From Neoechinorhynchus agilis (Eukaryota; Animalia; Acanthocephala), in assembly GCA_051530055.1 (NCBI GenBank), contig CM121342.1, forward strand, positions 6,075,489 through 6,139,488: 64,000 bases of DNA, in the 5' to 3' direction. Shown piece by piece: positions 1-11,432 of the stretch. The stretch's first letter is position 1; every line of letters begins with the position of its first letter. A program made the position numbers and the translations under genes. The notes under the pieces are model-generated. The model was not told the origin of the DNA. It saw only the letters and a program-made list of their open reading frames with translations, and did no database searches.

Positions 1-350
1 GTTATGAGTTTCTACATCCCTCTGAGGATCCTGACTCTCGACGATATTTCGTCCGCTTTGGTTCTGAGTAGCCTAGAATATACTAATCGCCCGCAAAACT
101 TTTTCCGGCGGGCACTCAAGGACTCCATCAATCAGTATTTTTTGCCCTGACTCAAATTACAATCATTGCTCCACATCGGACTCCACACAAACTATCACTC
201 ACGTTTATAAGAATCATCAAGGAAAAATCCATGGGATGATAGAGTTGTGGAGATTACACAATCAAACGTATTTGTTGGGATATTTCGCGAGACAAACGGA
301 CAGTACCGAATTCATAGACCCTCTAAACCCTCATTATAAATCACAGTTTT

Positions 351-533
351 TTATACGGCATCTTTCCTTTATGCCTGAAAACTGCTAAAGTGATCCTTCT
401 TCCGAAAAATGGATATCCGATATAGGCCGAATCATTCTGTCCAATATCCATCCTGGCCGCTCTTTCATAAAATCATCGAAAAATGTTTTAAACCACTTCT
501 TAGCACCAAATTATCGCCCCTACAATTCGGCTA
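351..533 (+). mobile_element. Decayed non-LTR (LINE) reverse transcriptase fragment, N-terminal RT region
   Basis: Across frameshifts and stops it reads (W)KTAKVILLPKNG...SFCPISILAALS-KIIEKCFKPLLSTKLSPLQFG, matching the LINE RT WK.A.V..IPK / RPISLL..SKI.E / QFGF motifs. Confidence 0.7.
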
Positions 534-699
534 ATTTTCCGTAATTCTCCTCCTCGCTCGTCTCATTCAATTGGACTTATCGAAATAATTAGACTTCGTA
601 GACCATTCACTCTTTTCGGTCTCAACTTAAGGCGCAGATCCACTGGCTCGAATCTTAACACTCGCAAACAGCCTCCTCCTCCTCCTCAACTCAAGATGC

Positions 700-835
700 C
701 GCGTCCTATCATCACTTCTTTTTCTCCTTAATCTCCAACGAAATCATCCACATCAAAGATTTCTGCACCATTCACAGAGTCCATCTGAATTTCTCTAAAT
801 GCTTCGAAATGATTCCCTCACTTATTCTTTTAATG
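700..835 (-). repeat. Copy of a dispersed repeat family also present at 16030-16170 (+), partly at 16985-17060 and 17345-17420, and related to 24250-24400 (-)
   Basis: The reverse complement gives gagggaatcatttcgaagcatttagagaaattcagatggactctgtga..., nearly identical to 16035-16160. Confidence 0.8.
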
Positions 836-1087
836 TTCCGAATAGACAAATGCTGTCTTTAATAATTTCATATCTTTTAAACTAACATCTCAAATTTTTG
901 TCCAATATAAACTTCGATTCCGTCTTCTTTGATTCGATTTCAAATGTCAGTTTAGAATCTTTTTTCGGCCTTGGAATCGAGATTTCGAATTGCAAAAAAA
1001 AAGAGAAAACTTGAATCACAGTTGCGAGCACCTATCAGTAAGAGCTCACCTTTTCTTTTTAAAAAAAAGACGAATTTTGTCACAAAA

Positions 1088-1243
1088 ATGAACCGCGGAT
1101 ACGAACTCCACCGTCGCAGAAGACGCCATCATGAACACCACCACGGACAACATCCTGAACAAACTCATAATCGCCATTCACAAAATCATCACAGATCCCA
1201 GCATCCACCAAATGGACCTCCACAAGGATGCTGCATTATGTAA
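1088..1243 (+). CDS. 51-aa His/Arg/Gln-rich peptide ending in CCIM (CaaX prenylation motif with adjacent Cys)
   Basis: ATG at 1088 in aaaaATG context, open to TAA at 1243, GC-richer than its flanks: MNRGYELHRRRRRHHEHHHGQHPEQTHNRHSQNHHRSQHPPNGPPQGCCIM. Confidence 0.6.
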   Translation: MNRGYELHRRRRRHHEHHHGQHPEQTHNRHSQNHHRSQHPPNGPPQGCCIM

Positions 1244-1757
1244 TGGATTATAATCTAAAATATATTTGTGCTCATTTCACTTCTGGCTCGAATTAAGAAT
1301 TAGTCTCATAAACAAAATCACATTTCATCTAAAATTCTAAGAAGAACCGTTATTTAACGTGCTTAAAGATTTTGAAGAAATCTATACAATTTTCTTAGTC
1401 TAACTCTCAAATTGATCATTGAAATACTATCAAAAATCGTAGAAAAAAAGAGCTTGGATGTTGTTCATAAGACAAAAATCAACTCGAATATCCATTGGAC
1501 CAATGATCCATTCTATTTCCTATAGAACATGTAAGAAATTATTCTATAATTGCTTGGATAAAACTATTTAAAGAGATAGCATTGTAAATCATCGGTTCGA
1601 TGGCAAAAAATTAAGCCTTTCAATTGACCATTTGCAACTCGATTTAGATGCTCCAATCGGATAAAATCAAAAACAATCGGATCTATTTTCGTCGTTTTTT
1701 AATTTTTTTTTGAAAAACATAATATATTTTTAACAATTCAAACAATCTGAAGCACAC

Positions 1758-1862
1758 TCACCACCTCCCGCCAAATTCCAGCTTTTGTCCTTCCTCGACC
1801 GTCGCCATCACGCCGGCAGCATTGCCCCGTTGTACTGCCAGCGAGATATTTTGTCGAATGAA
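1758..1862 (-). mobile_element. C-terminal remnant of a CRE-like (restriction-like endonuclease) non-LTR retrotransposon
   Basis: Translates FIRQNISLAVQRGNAAGVMATV, matching the R.S.A.QRGNAA terminal motif of CRE-clade elements. Confidence 0.65.
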
Positions 1863-4800
1863 TCTTTTTTTCCATTTTTTCTCAAATAACAACAATTAAA
1901 ACTATTTTATCAAAAAGATGATCTCAATGTCCGTTACAAAGCTCTCTTATTGTTTTCCTTTTTTACGGAATTATTTAAAAGTTTAAAAAGATAATTTTTT
2001 GCAAACGAGTCGATGGCGGATATTTCGTGTTGTTCAAAGAAATCCGTCGACTTAATTTTGCTGAAAAAAGTTTCATTGATAAAATTATCCGAGATGGAAA
2101 TTGTCTTTTTTTCCCATTTTTTCCCAAATAACAACAATTAAAACTATTTTATCAAAAAGATGATCTCAATGTACGCAATTATTTAAAAATTTAAAAAGAT
2201 AATTTTTTGCAAACGAGTCGATGGCGGATATTTCGTGTTGTTCAAAGAAATCCGTCGACTTAATTTTGCTGAAAAAAGTTTCATTGATAAAATTATCCGA
2301 GATGGAAATTGTCTTTTTTTCCCATTTTTTCCCAAATAACAACAATTAAAACTATTTTATCAAAAAGATGATCTCAATGTCCGTTACAAAGCTCTCTTAT
2401 TGTTTTCCTTTTTTACGGAATTATTTAAAAAGTTTAAAAAGATAATTTTTTGCAAACGAGTCGATGGCGGATATTTCGTGTTGTTCAAAGAAATCCGTCG
2501 ACTTAATTTTGCTGAAAAAAGTTTCATTGATAAAATTATCCGAGATGGAAATTGTCTTTTTTTCCCATTTTTTCCCAAATAACAACAATTAAAACTATTT
2601 TATCAAAAAGATGATCTCAATGTACGCAATTATTTAAAAGTTTAAAAAGATAATTTTTTGCAAACGAGTCGATGGCGGATATTTCGTGTTGTTCAAAGAA
2701 ATCCGTCGACTTAATTTTGCTGAAAAAAGTTTCATTGATAAAATTATCCGAGATGGAAATTGTCTTTTTTTCCCATTTTTTCCCAAATAACAACAATTAA
2801 AACTATTTTACCAAAAAGATGATCTCAATGTCCGTTACAAAGCTCTCTTATTGTTTTCCTTTTTTACGGAATTATTTAAAAATTTAAAAAGATAATTTTT
2901 TGCAAACGAGTCGATGGCGGATATTTCGTGTTGTTCAAAGAAATCCGTCGACTTAATTTTGCTGAAAAAAGTTTCATTGATAAAATTATCCGAGATGGAA
3001 ATTGTCTTTTTTTCCCATTTTTTCTCAAATAACAACAATTAAAACTATTTTATCAAAAAGATGATCTCAATGTACGCAATTATTTAAAAATTTAAAAAGA
3101 TAATTTTTTGCAAACGAGTCGATGGCGGATATTTCGTGTTGTTCAAAGAAATCCGTCGACTTAATTTTGCTGAAAAAAGTTTCATTGATAAAATTATCCG
3201 AGATGGAAATTGTCTTTTTTTCCCATTTTTTCTCAAATAACAACAATTAAAACTATTTTATCAAAAAGATGATCTCAATGTACGCAATTATTTAAAAATT
3301 TAAAAAGATAATTTTTTGCAAACGAGTCGATGGCGGATATTTCGTGTTGTTCAAAGAAATCCGTCGACTTAATTTTGCTGAAAAAAGTTTCATTGATAAA
3401 ATTATCCGAGATGGAAATTGTCTTTTTTTCCCATTTTTTCCCAAATAACAACAATTAAAACTATTTTACCAAAAAGATGATCTCAATGTCCGTTACAAAG
3501 CTCTCTTATTGTTTTCCTTTTTTACGGAATTATTTAAAAGTTTAAAAAGATAATTTTTTGCAAACGAGTCGATGGCGGATATTTCGTGTTGTTCAAAGAA
3601 ATCCGTCGACTTAATTTTGCTGAAAAAAGTTTCATTGATAAAATTATCCGAGATGGAAATTGTCTTTTTTTCCCATTTTTTCCCAAATAACAACAATTAA
3701 AACTATTTTATCAAAAAGATGATCTCAATGTACGCAATTATTTAAAAGTTTAAAAAGATAATTTTTTGCAAACGAGTCGATGGCGGATATTTCGTGTTGT
3801 TCAAGAAATCCGTCGACTTAATTTTGCTGAAAAAAGTTTCATTGATAAAATTATCCGAGATGGAAATTGTCTTTTTTTCCCATTTTTTCTCAAATAACAA
3901 CAATTAAAACTATTTTATCAAAAAGATGATCTCAATGTCCGTTACAAAGCTCTCTTATTGTTTTCCTTTTTTACGCAATTATTTAAAAATTTAAAAAGAT
4001 AATTTTTTGCAAACGAGTCGATGGCGGATATTTCGTGTTGTTCAAAGAAATCCGTCGACTTAATTTTGCTGAAAAAAGTTTCATTGATAAAATTATCCGA
4101 GATGGAAATTGTCTTTTTTCCCATTTTTTCCCAAATAACAACAATTAAAACTATTTTATCAAAAAGATGATCTCAATGTCCGTTACAAAGCTCTCTTATT
4201 GTTTTCCTTTTTTACGGAATTATTTAAAAGTTTAAAAAGATAATTTTTTGCAAACGAGTCGATGGCGGATATTTCGTGTTGTTCAAAGAAATCCGTCGAC
4301 TTAATTTTGCTGAAAAAAGTTTCATTGATAAAATTATCCGAGATGGAAATTTTCTTTTTTTCCCATTTTTTCCCAAATAACAACAATTAAAACTATTTTA
4401 TCAAAAAGATGATCGCAATGTACGCAATTATTTAAAAATTTAAAAAGATAATTTTTTGCAAACGAGTCGATGGCGGATATTTCGTGTTGTTCAAAGAAAT
4501 CCGTCGACTTAATTTTGCTGAAAAAAGTTTCATTGATAAAATTATCCGAGATGGAAATTTTCTTTTTTTCCCATTTTTTCCCAAATAACAACAATTAAAA
4601 CTATTTTATCAAAAAGATGATCGCAATGTACGCAATTATTTAAAAGTTTAAAAAGATAATTTTTTGCAAACGAGTCGATGGCGGATATTTCGTGTTGTTC
4701 AAAGAAATCCGTCGACTTAATTTTGCTGAAAAAAGTTTCATTGATAAAATTATCCGAGATGGAAATTGTCTTTTTTTCCCATTTTTTCTCAAATAACAAC

Positions 4801-5115
4801 AATTAAAACTATTTTATCAAAAAGATGATCTCAATGTCCGTTACAAAGCTCTCTTATTGTTTTCCTTTTTTACGCAATTATTTAAAAGTTTAAAAAGATA
4901 ATTTTTTGCAAACGAGTCGATGGCGGATATTTCGTGTTGTTCAAAGAAATCCGTCGACTTAATTTTGCTGAAAAAAGTTTCATTGATAAAATTATCCGAG
5001 ATGGAAATTGTCTTTTTTCCCATTTTTTCTCAAATAACAACAATTAAAACTATTTTTTGATCAAAAAGATGATCTCAATGTCCGTTACAAAGCTCTCTTA
5101 TTGTTTTCCTTTTTT
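1862..5115. repeat. Tandem array of two related monomers (~242 and ~208 bp), ~15 units, partly alternating as a higher-order repeat
   Basis: The anchor atctcaatgt recurs at 1921, 2163, 2371, 2614, 2822, 3064, 3272, 3480, 3722, 3929, 4170 and onward. Each unit has an internal hairpin (agtcga..ggat.atttc / gaaat ccgtcgact). Confidence 0.97.
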
Positions 5116-5213
5116 CAACTACGGCCATTATTTGTTTGAGGAACTAAGAGAGCAAATAGAAAAGCTCGTTTATCAGAGCGGTGGGAATGTTAACGAAACC
5201 GATTTTTTAACCG

Positions 5214-5495
5214 ATGCATCGAGCATTTTTGCCTATTCTACTTTTTGTACTCATTGAAGTTAAACCACGTTCAATGCCTTTCCTTCAATGCAATAAAGAT
5301 TGTCAGACATTGTGCCATGCTTTGTTCTTTATGGTCACTGAGATTGACAAAGATCAATTTTGGTTCAAATGTAACAAAGATTGTTTGAATAAATTCTGCC
5401 AAGGATGCAGCAGATCGGAGAAGTCAAAGTGGGTAAGGATTGAAATCAAAGCGAAACCCAACGCTAAAAAACAATTTAAACATTGTATTTCATAA
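5214..5495 (+). CDS. Small secreted Cys-rich protein with one Cx3Cx3C...WxxCNxxCx4C module; paralog of 13105-14049
   Basis: Hydrophobic N-terminus MHRAFLPILLFVLIEVKP followed by CNKDCQTLCHALF...FWFKCNKDCLNKFC. Confidence 0.75.
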   Translation: MHRAFLPILLFVLIEVKPRSMPFLQCNKDCQTLCHALFFMVTEIDKDQFWFKCNKDCLNKFCQGCSRSEKSKWVRIEIKAKPNAKKQFKHCIS

Positions 5496-5563
5496 AAAAA
5501 ATTCTAATCCACTATTTTGTTTGTGTGTGTGTCCAAACTCACCGAAATGAATGGTTTTTTTAC

Positions 5564-6178
5564 TCAGAAATCGACTTCATTCGTCGCTTCCATGCTCATT
5601 GATTCACTCGTAGGATCAAGAAGTTTTCTGACTTCATCATTGTTGGCGCATGCCTGTAGAAACTCATTCTTTGTGATGACTGAATCCGAATTGAGGTCAA
5701 GAAGTTCAAACACTCGATCAATTCTATCTGAAGACATTGCATCTCCAAAGAATGTTTGTATAATGTGCCTCATTTCATGTCGTTCCAGTTTCCCATCATT
5801 ATTAATATCATAAAGTCTGAAGACCATACTTAGTTTCTGCTTAAAGTTTCCTCTGGTCATCGCTGAAATCGCCCGAATGAACTCTTCAAAATCAATAGTG
5901 CCAGTTCCGTCCAAATCGAACGTTTGGAACAAGTATTTAGCAACCGTTGAAGCCTGTTCTCGGTTACCGACTTGTTCGTACATGTTCATGAATTGTCGTT
6001 CAGTTAAAAGACCATTAGGACAGTCTTTAAGGAAGTCAGTATGCCACTTTACGATCTCTGATCTACTGAAATGAGTTTCTCGAACAAACATGTCGATATC
6101 GCGATCAGAAAGCGTTAGAAATCGCTTCTTTGCCTTACTTGACTTTCGATTAATAATCCGAGACTTTCCACTTCCCAT
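5564..6178 (-). CDS. Neuronal calcium sensor family EF-hand protein (frequenin/neurocalcin/hippocalcin-like), intronless
   Basis: MGSGKS myristoylation-type start, CPNG in the inactive EF1, and EF loops DLDGTGTIDFEEF, DINNDGKLERHEM and DLNSDSVITKNEF. Confidence 0.93.
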   Translation of the reverse strand: MGSGKSRIINRKSSKAKKRFLTLSDRDIDMFVRETHFSRSEIVKWHTDFLKDCPNGLLTERQFMNMYEQVGNREQASTVAKYLFQTFDLDGTGTIDFEEFIRAISAMTRGNFKQKLSMVFRLYDINNDGKLERHEMRHIIQTFFGDAMSSDRIDRVFELLDLNSDSVITKNEFLQACANNDEVRKLLDPTSESMSMEATNEVDF

Positions 6179-7329
6179 TATGTGAAACTATTTGCTCTTC
6201 TTTTTGATGAAATGGACGTCCTCGTCGTTTGCTGTAGCTTTTAAATACCTGAGCGACAAGACGGTAGCTCGAAATGAAAGCAACAATGTCGCAAAACAAA
6301 GCCCAGGTTCTTGAGTCATCACGTTACCTTATTGAACTTTTAAGGCTATTCCAAAACCCAATTAGGATGCTGGCTGAGTTCTGATGGGCTTAATGGACAT
6401 TTATATAAGAAATTCTAACCTTTTATTTTAGAATATAGCCAACGATTTTGTCGACGATATCTGAAGAACCGGGCAATGTGATTAGAGAATTAGTATTGTT
6501 GCTGAAAAGTCTACACCCGATGAACCGGTTACGCCTTTTTAATCGAAAAAAAAACCCATTTATTGCGCGAATTTCTCAAATCGAACTTTCGTTCGGTAAA
6601 ACATGTGAAATATCCCGAAAGAGGAATATTTTAGCTTTTTTGTGGGGCTCCCATACGACGGATAGCCTTCGTTTAATGGCTTTTCCATTAATCGAAGGCT
6701 GCTAAAATTCTGTTTCAAATGAGCCTCAAGGATTAAGCGCTTTTTAAAAAATCAAAACTAATTTGATGATCAGCGACGAGTGAATAAATACTTGACGGAT
6801 CGAGTTATCCAACGACGTAAATTGCTTCATGTAAACCATAAAAGATTTAAACCTTTTATTTCCCCACATTAAGGAAAATAATCTTTATAGTTTATGTTGT
6901 ATGTCAACCGATTGCGGTTTTAATCCCCACTGAAAATATCCGAGCGTCCTTCTAATCTTCTTTGTTTTATTAAAGGCTAAGAGATATGTTCGAGAATTTC
7001 CATTAAGGCTTTTAAAATCGATCGAGATATTAAATAAGGATGAAAATATAGTCGAACTTTCATTACTAAAAATACTTTGATCGTTCTAATTCCAACCTCA
7101 ACCGTCTATTGGCTCTCCTTATTCCTTTTTTTTGAATAACAATGAAACATTATCAGAAAAACTTTCAAGAAGAAGACAATTATTGATGCGACCGTCCAAT
7201 CTCAAGTCTTGGTTGTTGTATATGGACATTTTGTTTGGTGATTCTCTTCTGAATGAGAATCACCATTTATCCGATAAAAACTCCATTGTGCTTTTTTTAG
7301 AGTGTTTCCAATTGTTGTAAATTAAATAA

Positions 7330-7480
7330 AACAATGCTCTTTATCAAGAAGAGAATCGCCCAACATAAAAGGGCGATTTGAGAACTCCTTGGCCCCATCC
7401 AACCATGGAGAAGGATAAAAATCTTAAAAGACTTCTTCGCATCCAACACCATGGAAGGAAACAAAAATTTGGCTTAAAAC
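7330..7480 (+). mobile_element. Internally deleted Penelope-like GIY-YIG endonuclease remnant
   Basis: Reads FIKKRIAQHKRA...PWRRIKILKDFFASNTMEGNK; SNTMEGNK is identical to the end of the PLE endonuclease fragment at 34190-34400. Confidence 0.55.
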
Positions 7481-7621
7481 TATCGGCCAAGCATCGATTC
7501 GTTAAAAGTAATTGAAAATCCGGACAAGCGGATTTTAAAAAAAATTATATTCTTCGATTTAAGACCTAAGAAGCAAACGGCTATTAATCAATAAAATTGT
7601 GGTGATCGGAGATTTCCTAAC

Positions 7622-9370
7622 TTAATCGAACGAGCGGTGGACCAATCCAAGAACTTTTTGCCGGACGAATCTCACGGACTTCGAAAATATCGTCCTGTGG
7701 TGATCAAAGTCATCCCCGGACGCCGGGGATCTCACGGACTTCGAAAATATCGTCTTGTGGTGATCAAAATCATCCCCGGACGCCGGGGATCGCACGGACT
7801 TCGAAAATATCGTCTTGTGGTGATCAAAGTCATCCCCGGACGCCGGGGATCTCACGGACTTCGAAAATATCGTCTTGTGGTGATCAAAATCATCCCCGGA
7901 CGCCGGGGATCTCACGGACTTCGAAAATATCGTCTTGTGGTGATCAAAATCATCCCCGGACGCCGGGGATCTCACGGACTTCGAAAATATCGTCTTGTGG
8001 TGATCAAAATCATCCCCGGACGCCGGGGATCTCACGGACTTCGAAAATATCGTCTTGTGGTGATCAAAATCATCCCCGGACGCCGGGGATCTCACGGACT
8101 TCGAAAATATCGTCTTGTGGTGATCAAAGTCATCCCCGGACGCCGGGGATCTCACGGACTTCGAAAATATCGTCTTGTGGTGATCAAAATCATCCCCGGA
8201 CGCCGGGGATCTCACGGACTTCGAAAATATCGTCTTGTGGTGATCAAAATCATCCCCGGACGCCGGGGATCTCACGGACTTCGAAAATATCGTCTTGTGG
8301 TGATCAAAATCATCCCCGGACGCCGGGGATCTCACGGACTTCGAAAATATCGTCTTGTGGTGATCAAAGTCATCCCCGGACGCCGGGGATCTCACGGACT
8401 TCGAAAATATCGTCTTGTGGTGATCAAAGTCATCCCCGGACGCCGGGGATCTCACGGACTTCGAAAATATCGTCTTGTGGTGATCAAAATCATCCCCGGA
8501 CGCCGGGGATCTCACGGACTTCGAAAATATCGTCTTGTGGTGATCAAAATCATCCCCGGACGCCGGGGATCTCACGGACTTCGAAAATATCGTCTTGTGG
8601 TGATCAAAGTCGGACCCGGGATCACGGACTTCGAAAATATCGTCTTGTGGTGATCAAATCATCCCGGACGCCGGGGGGGATCTCACGGACTTCGAAAATA
8701 TCGTCTTGTGGTGATCAAAATCATCCCCGGACGCCGGGGATCTCACGGACTTCGAAAATATCGTCTTGTGGTGATCAAAATCATCTCCGGACGCCGGGGA
8801 TCTCACGGACTTCGAAAATATCGTCTTGTGGTGATCAAAATCATCCCCGGACGCCGGGGATCTCACGGACTTCGAAAATATCGTCTTGTGGTGATCAAAA
8901 TCATCTCCGGACGCCGGGGATCTCACGGACTTCGAAAATATCGTCTTGTGGTGATCAAAATCATCCCCGGACGCCGGGGATCTCACGGACTTCGAAAATA
9001 TCGTCTTGTGGTGATCAAAATCATCCCCGGACGCCGGGGATCTCACGGACTTCGAAAATATCGTCTTGTGGTGATCAAAATCATCCCCGGACGCCGGGGA
9101 TCTCACGGACTTCGAAAATATCGTCTTGTGGTGATCAAAATCATCCCCGGACGCTGGGGATCTCACGGACTTCGAAAATATCGTCTTGTGGTGATCAAAA
9201 TCATCCCCGGACGCCGGGGATCTCCCCGTCCGTTAGTAGTTTCGTGGATCTAGGAAATTAACCGATACTTTATTGAATCCATTCGAAATTTATTTGGCTC
9301 AAATGAATGGGAATTCTAAATAAAATCGATTGGTTTTTACGGTAAAAGAGAAAACAACAAAGATAACCAT
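7622..9370 (-). CDS. Predicted secreted tandem-repeat protein: MVIFVVFSFT|NSHSFEPNKFRMDSIK|SPASG... then ~26 x RSPASGDDFDHHKTIFSKSV
   Basis: Exons 9370-9341, 9315-9269 and 9221-7622; introns 9340-9316 (25 nt) and 9268-9222 (47 nt, contains TACTAAC). Four of five substitution variants are synonymous in this frame. Two indel-damaged units at 8600-8690 (50+61 nt, net in-frame) put a stop at 8654 in the literal sequence. Confidence 0.55.
7661..9221. repeat. 60-bp tandem array, ~26 units, each with an atccccgg-acg-ccggggat palindrome
   Basis: The 60-nt periodicity is directly visible, and there are no unique spacers. Confidence 0.98.
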
Positions 9371-10155
9371 TTCTCGTGATGAAAAGCGGAATCAATTTTT
9401 GTTAAATCAATGAACATCGCTTTGGTGTTCAATCTTAAACATTTTAAGAAACTTATGTGAAACTCATTAGTACGAAAGACGGAGAAATCCAACGAAGTGT
9501 GCCAGTGAAATCGGTTCATAAAGAAACCGAAAATAGGGATTATCTTTAAAGAAGAATTTTAATATTTGGGATGCTCATGAAAATTATTTTTCTTTATTTC
9601 GCCTTCATTAGAACAATCAATTGAAATTTTTTTTACAATCTTCAATTCTTTTATTTTGGTCGTCTTTTTCTTTTGTTTAATTTTCATAAATCGCGTTTGC
9701 GTTCGGTTTTAAAATTTGAAACTCAATTTTAAGCTCAAAGATTTTGCTTTTAACCATCGTTCAATTGTTTTAATGAAAGCAAAAGAAAAATACTTTCTTT
9801 TTCTTAGTTTTACCACTTCTTCGGAATCAAAAATTCACTAATCTATATTTCCCCGATATTTCTCATCGGATAATTCCGACATTTTCCCAAAATTTCTCAT
9901 TGTTTGTAAGTTCTATAAAGATTTTATCGATTGATTGTTTTAATGAAAGCGAAATAAAGAAAAATAATTTAATATTTTTTGTTTTCACATGAAACTTCTT
10001 TAGAATTGTCTGCATCCAACATTTTCTGGCAATTTGCAAAGTTTTCATTAAAACGATCAATGGATAGAATCTTTACAATCTTCAATTCTTTTATTTTTGT
10101 CGTCTTTTTCTTTTTTTTAATTTTCATAAATCGCGTTTGCCGTCTAATTTTAGAT

Positions 10156-11314
10156 ATGGAGATACTGCTTTCAACAGTCTTCCAATTTCTGATTTTATTA
10201 GTCTGTCTCTTCTGTTCATTGGTCTATCTTCTTCGATTCCAACAAAGGCCAATGAACTTTGAGAAGCCTTGTCATGTTCTGGTAATTTCTGTTTGCCTCT
10301 TATTAGATCTCAAAAGAAGTTCTCTTTAAGATATCCGGTGGTTCAAGTGGAATTGGTCTTAGTTTGGCTGTGAAATACGCAAGGATGGGTTGTAGATTGA
10401 GTCTCATAGCGCGAAACGAGGTTAGATAGCCGAGATGACCGAGAGATAATCTTCTTTAAGGAACGATTATTAGAAGCAAAGGATAAATGCGAGAAGGCTG
10501 CCAATGACGGGACGCAAGTATCGATTTATCCCATGGATTTATCGAGATCTTCTCTTTTATCGATAAGAAATGCACTTAGTGACAACGAACAACCAATTGA
10601 TCTTTTGATTTGTTGCGCAGGACAATGTGTGTCCGATGAGTTCATTAATCTGTCTCAAGACGAAATAGAGGTATTTTTTTAATGTCAACCATCGATTGTT
10701 CTGAGTTCATCTTAAGCAAATGATCAATACCAATTTGACGGGCACAATATTACTTGTCCGCTCGATTGTGTCCATGATGCTCGATGAACCAATTAGCGAA
10801 CGAAGAGTCTTATTGGTTAGTTCTCAAGCTGGACAAATCGGTTTGTATGGATACTCAGTCTACAGTGCGACTAAATTCGCATTGGACGGATTTGCTCAAG
10901 CTCTCCAAATGGAATTAGTTAAGCACCGAATCTTCATAACTGTGGCCTATCCACCCGATACGGATACACCAGGATTTCATCAAGAACGTCTTAGAACCGT
11001 ACGTACCGTTATTCTCTCCTTTTTTTTAGTTTTCATTTTCGCATTTGTAGCCAAAAGTAACCAAAATTTTATCTGATTCGTCAGGATTGTGGAAACCGGA
11101 CGATGTTGCCGATAAGATTGTCACTTGTCTGGAGCATGGAGATCCAAAATGTTCATTTGGAATCAATGGATGGTTATTAGCCTTACTTACAAACGGACTC
11201 ACCCCCGTTCACAACTCATTTATGGGTTTATGGGAAACATTTATGTATCCATTTGCGAGAATAGTAGCCATTTTCACTACCGTTCGATTCTACAAAGTTT
11301 GCAGAGAAGTTTGA
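10156..11314 (+). CDS. KDSR: 3-ketodihydrosphingosine reductase (SDR family), 5 exons, ~323 aa
   Basis: Exons 10156-10281, 10331-10420, 10461-10670, 10717-10998 and 11051-11314 (introns 49, 40, 46, 52 nt). Motifs: N-terminal TM, ISGGSSGIG, YSATKFAL, VAYPPDTDTPGF. Confidence 0.92.
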
Positions 11315-11432
11315 CACTAAAGTCGACTAAGTCATTTTGTCATCTCAAAAATAAATCACAAATATCAGTGATTTTATCGCAATTTCGGCTCCAATCTGGG
11401 TTTAAATCAATTAACAAACGATGACTTATTAG

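Noticed and set aside
1934-5023. Repeated 60-86-aa minus-strand ORFs in the 242/208-bp array
   Set aside because: Unit lengths are not multiples of 3, the starts are mostly TTG, and there is no protein motif, so these are repeat artefacts.
7637-9261. Plus-strand ORFs (GSHGLRKYRLVVIKIIPGRR) in the 60-bp array
   Set aside because: Unit variants are non-synonymous and often radical in this frame but synonymous in the minus frame.
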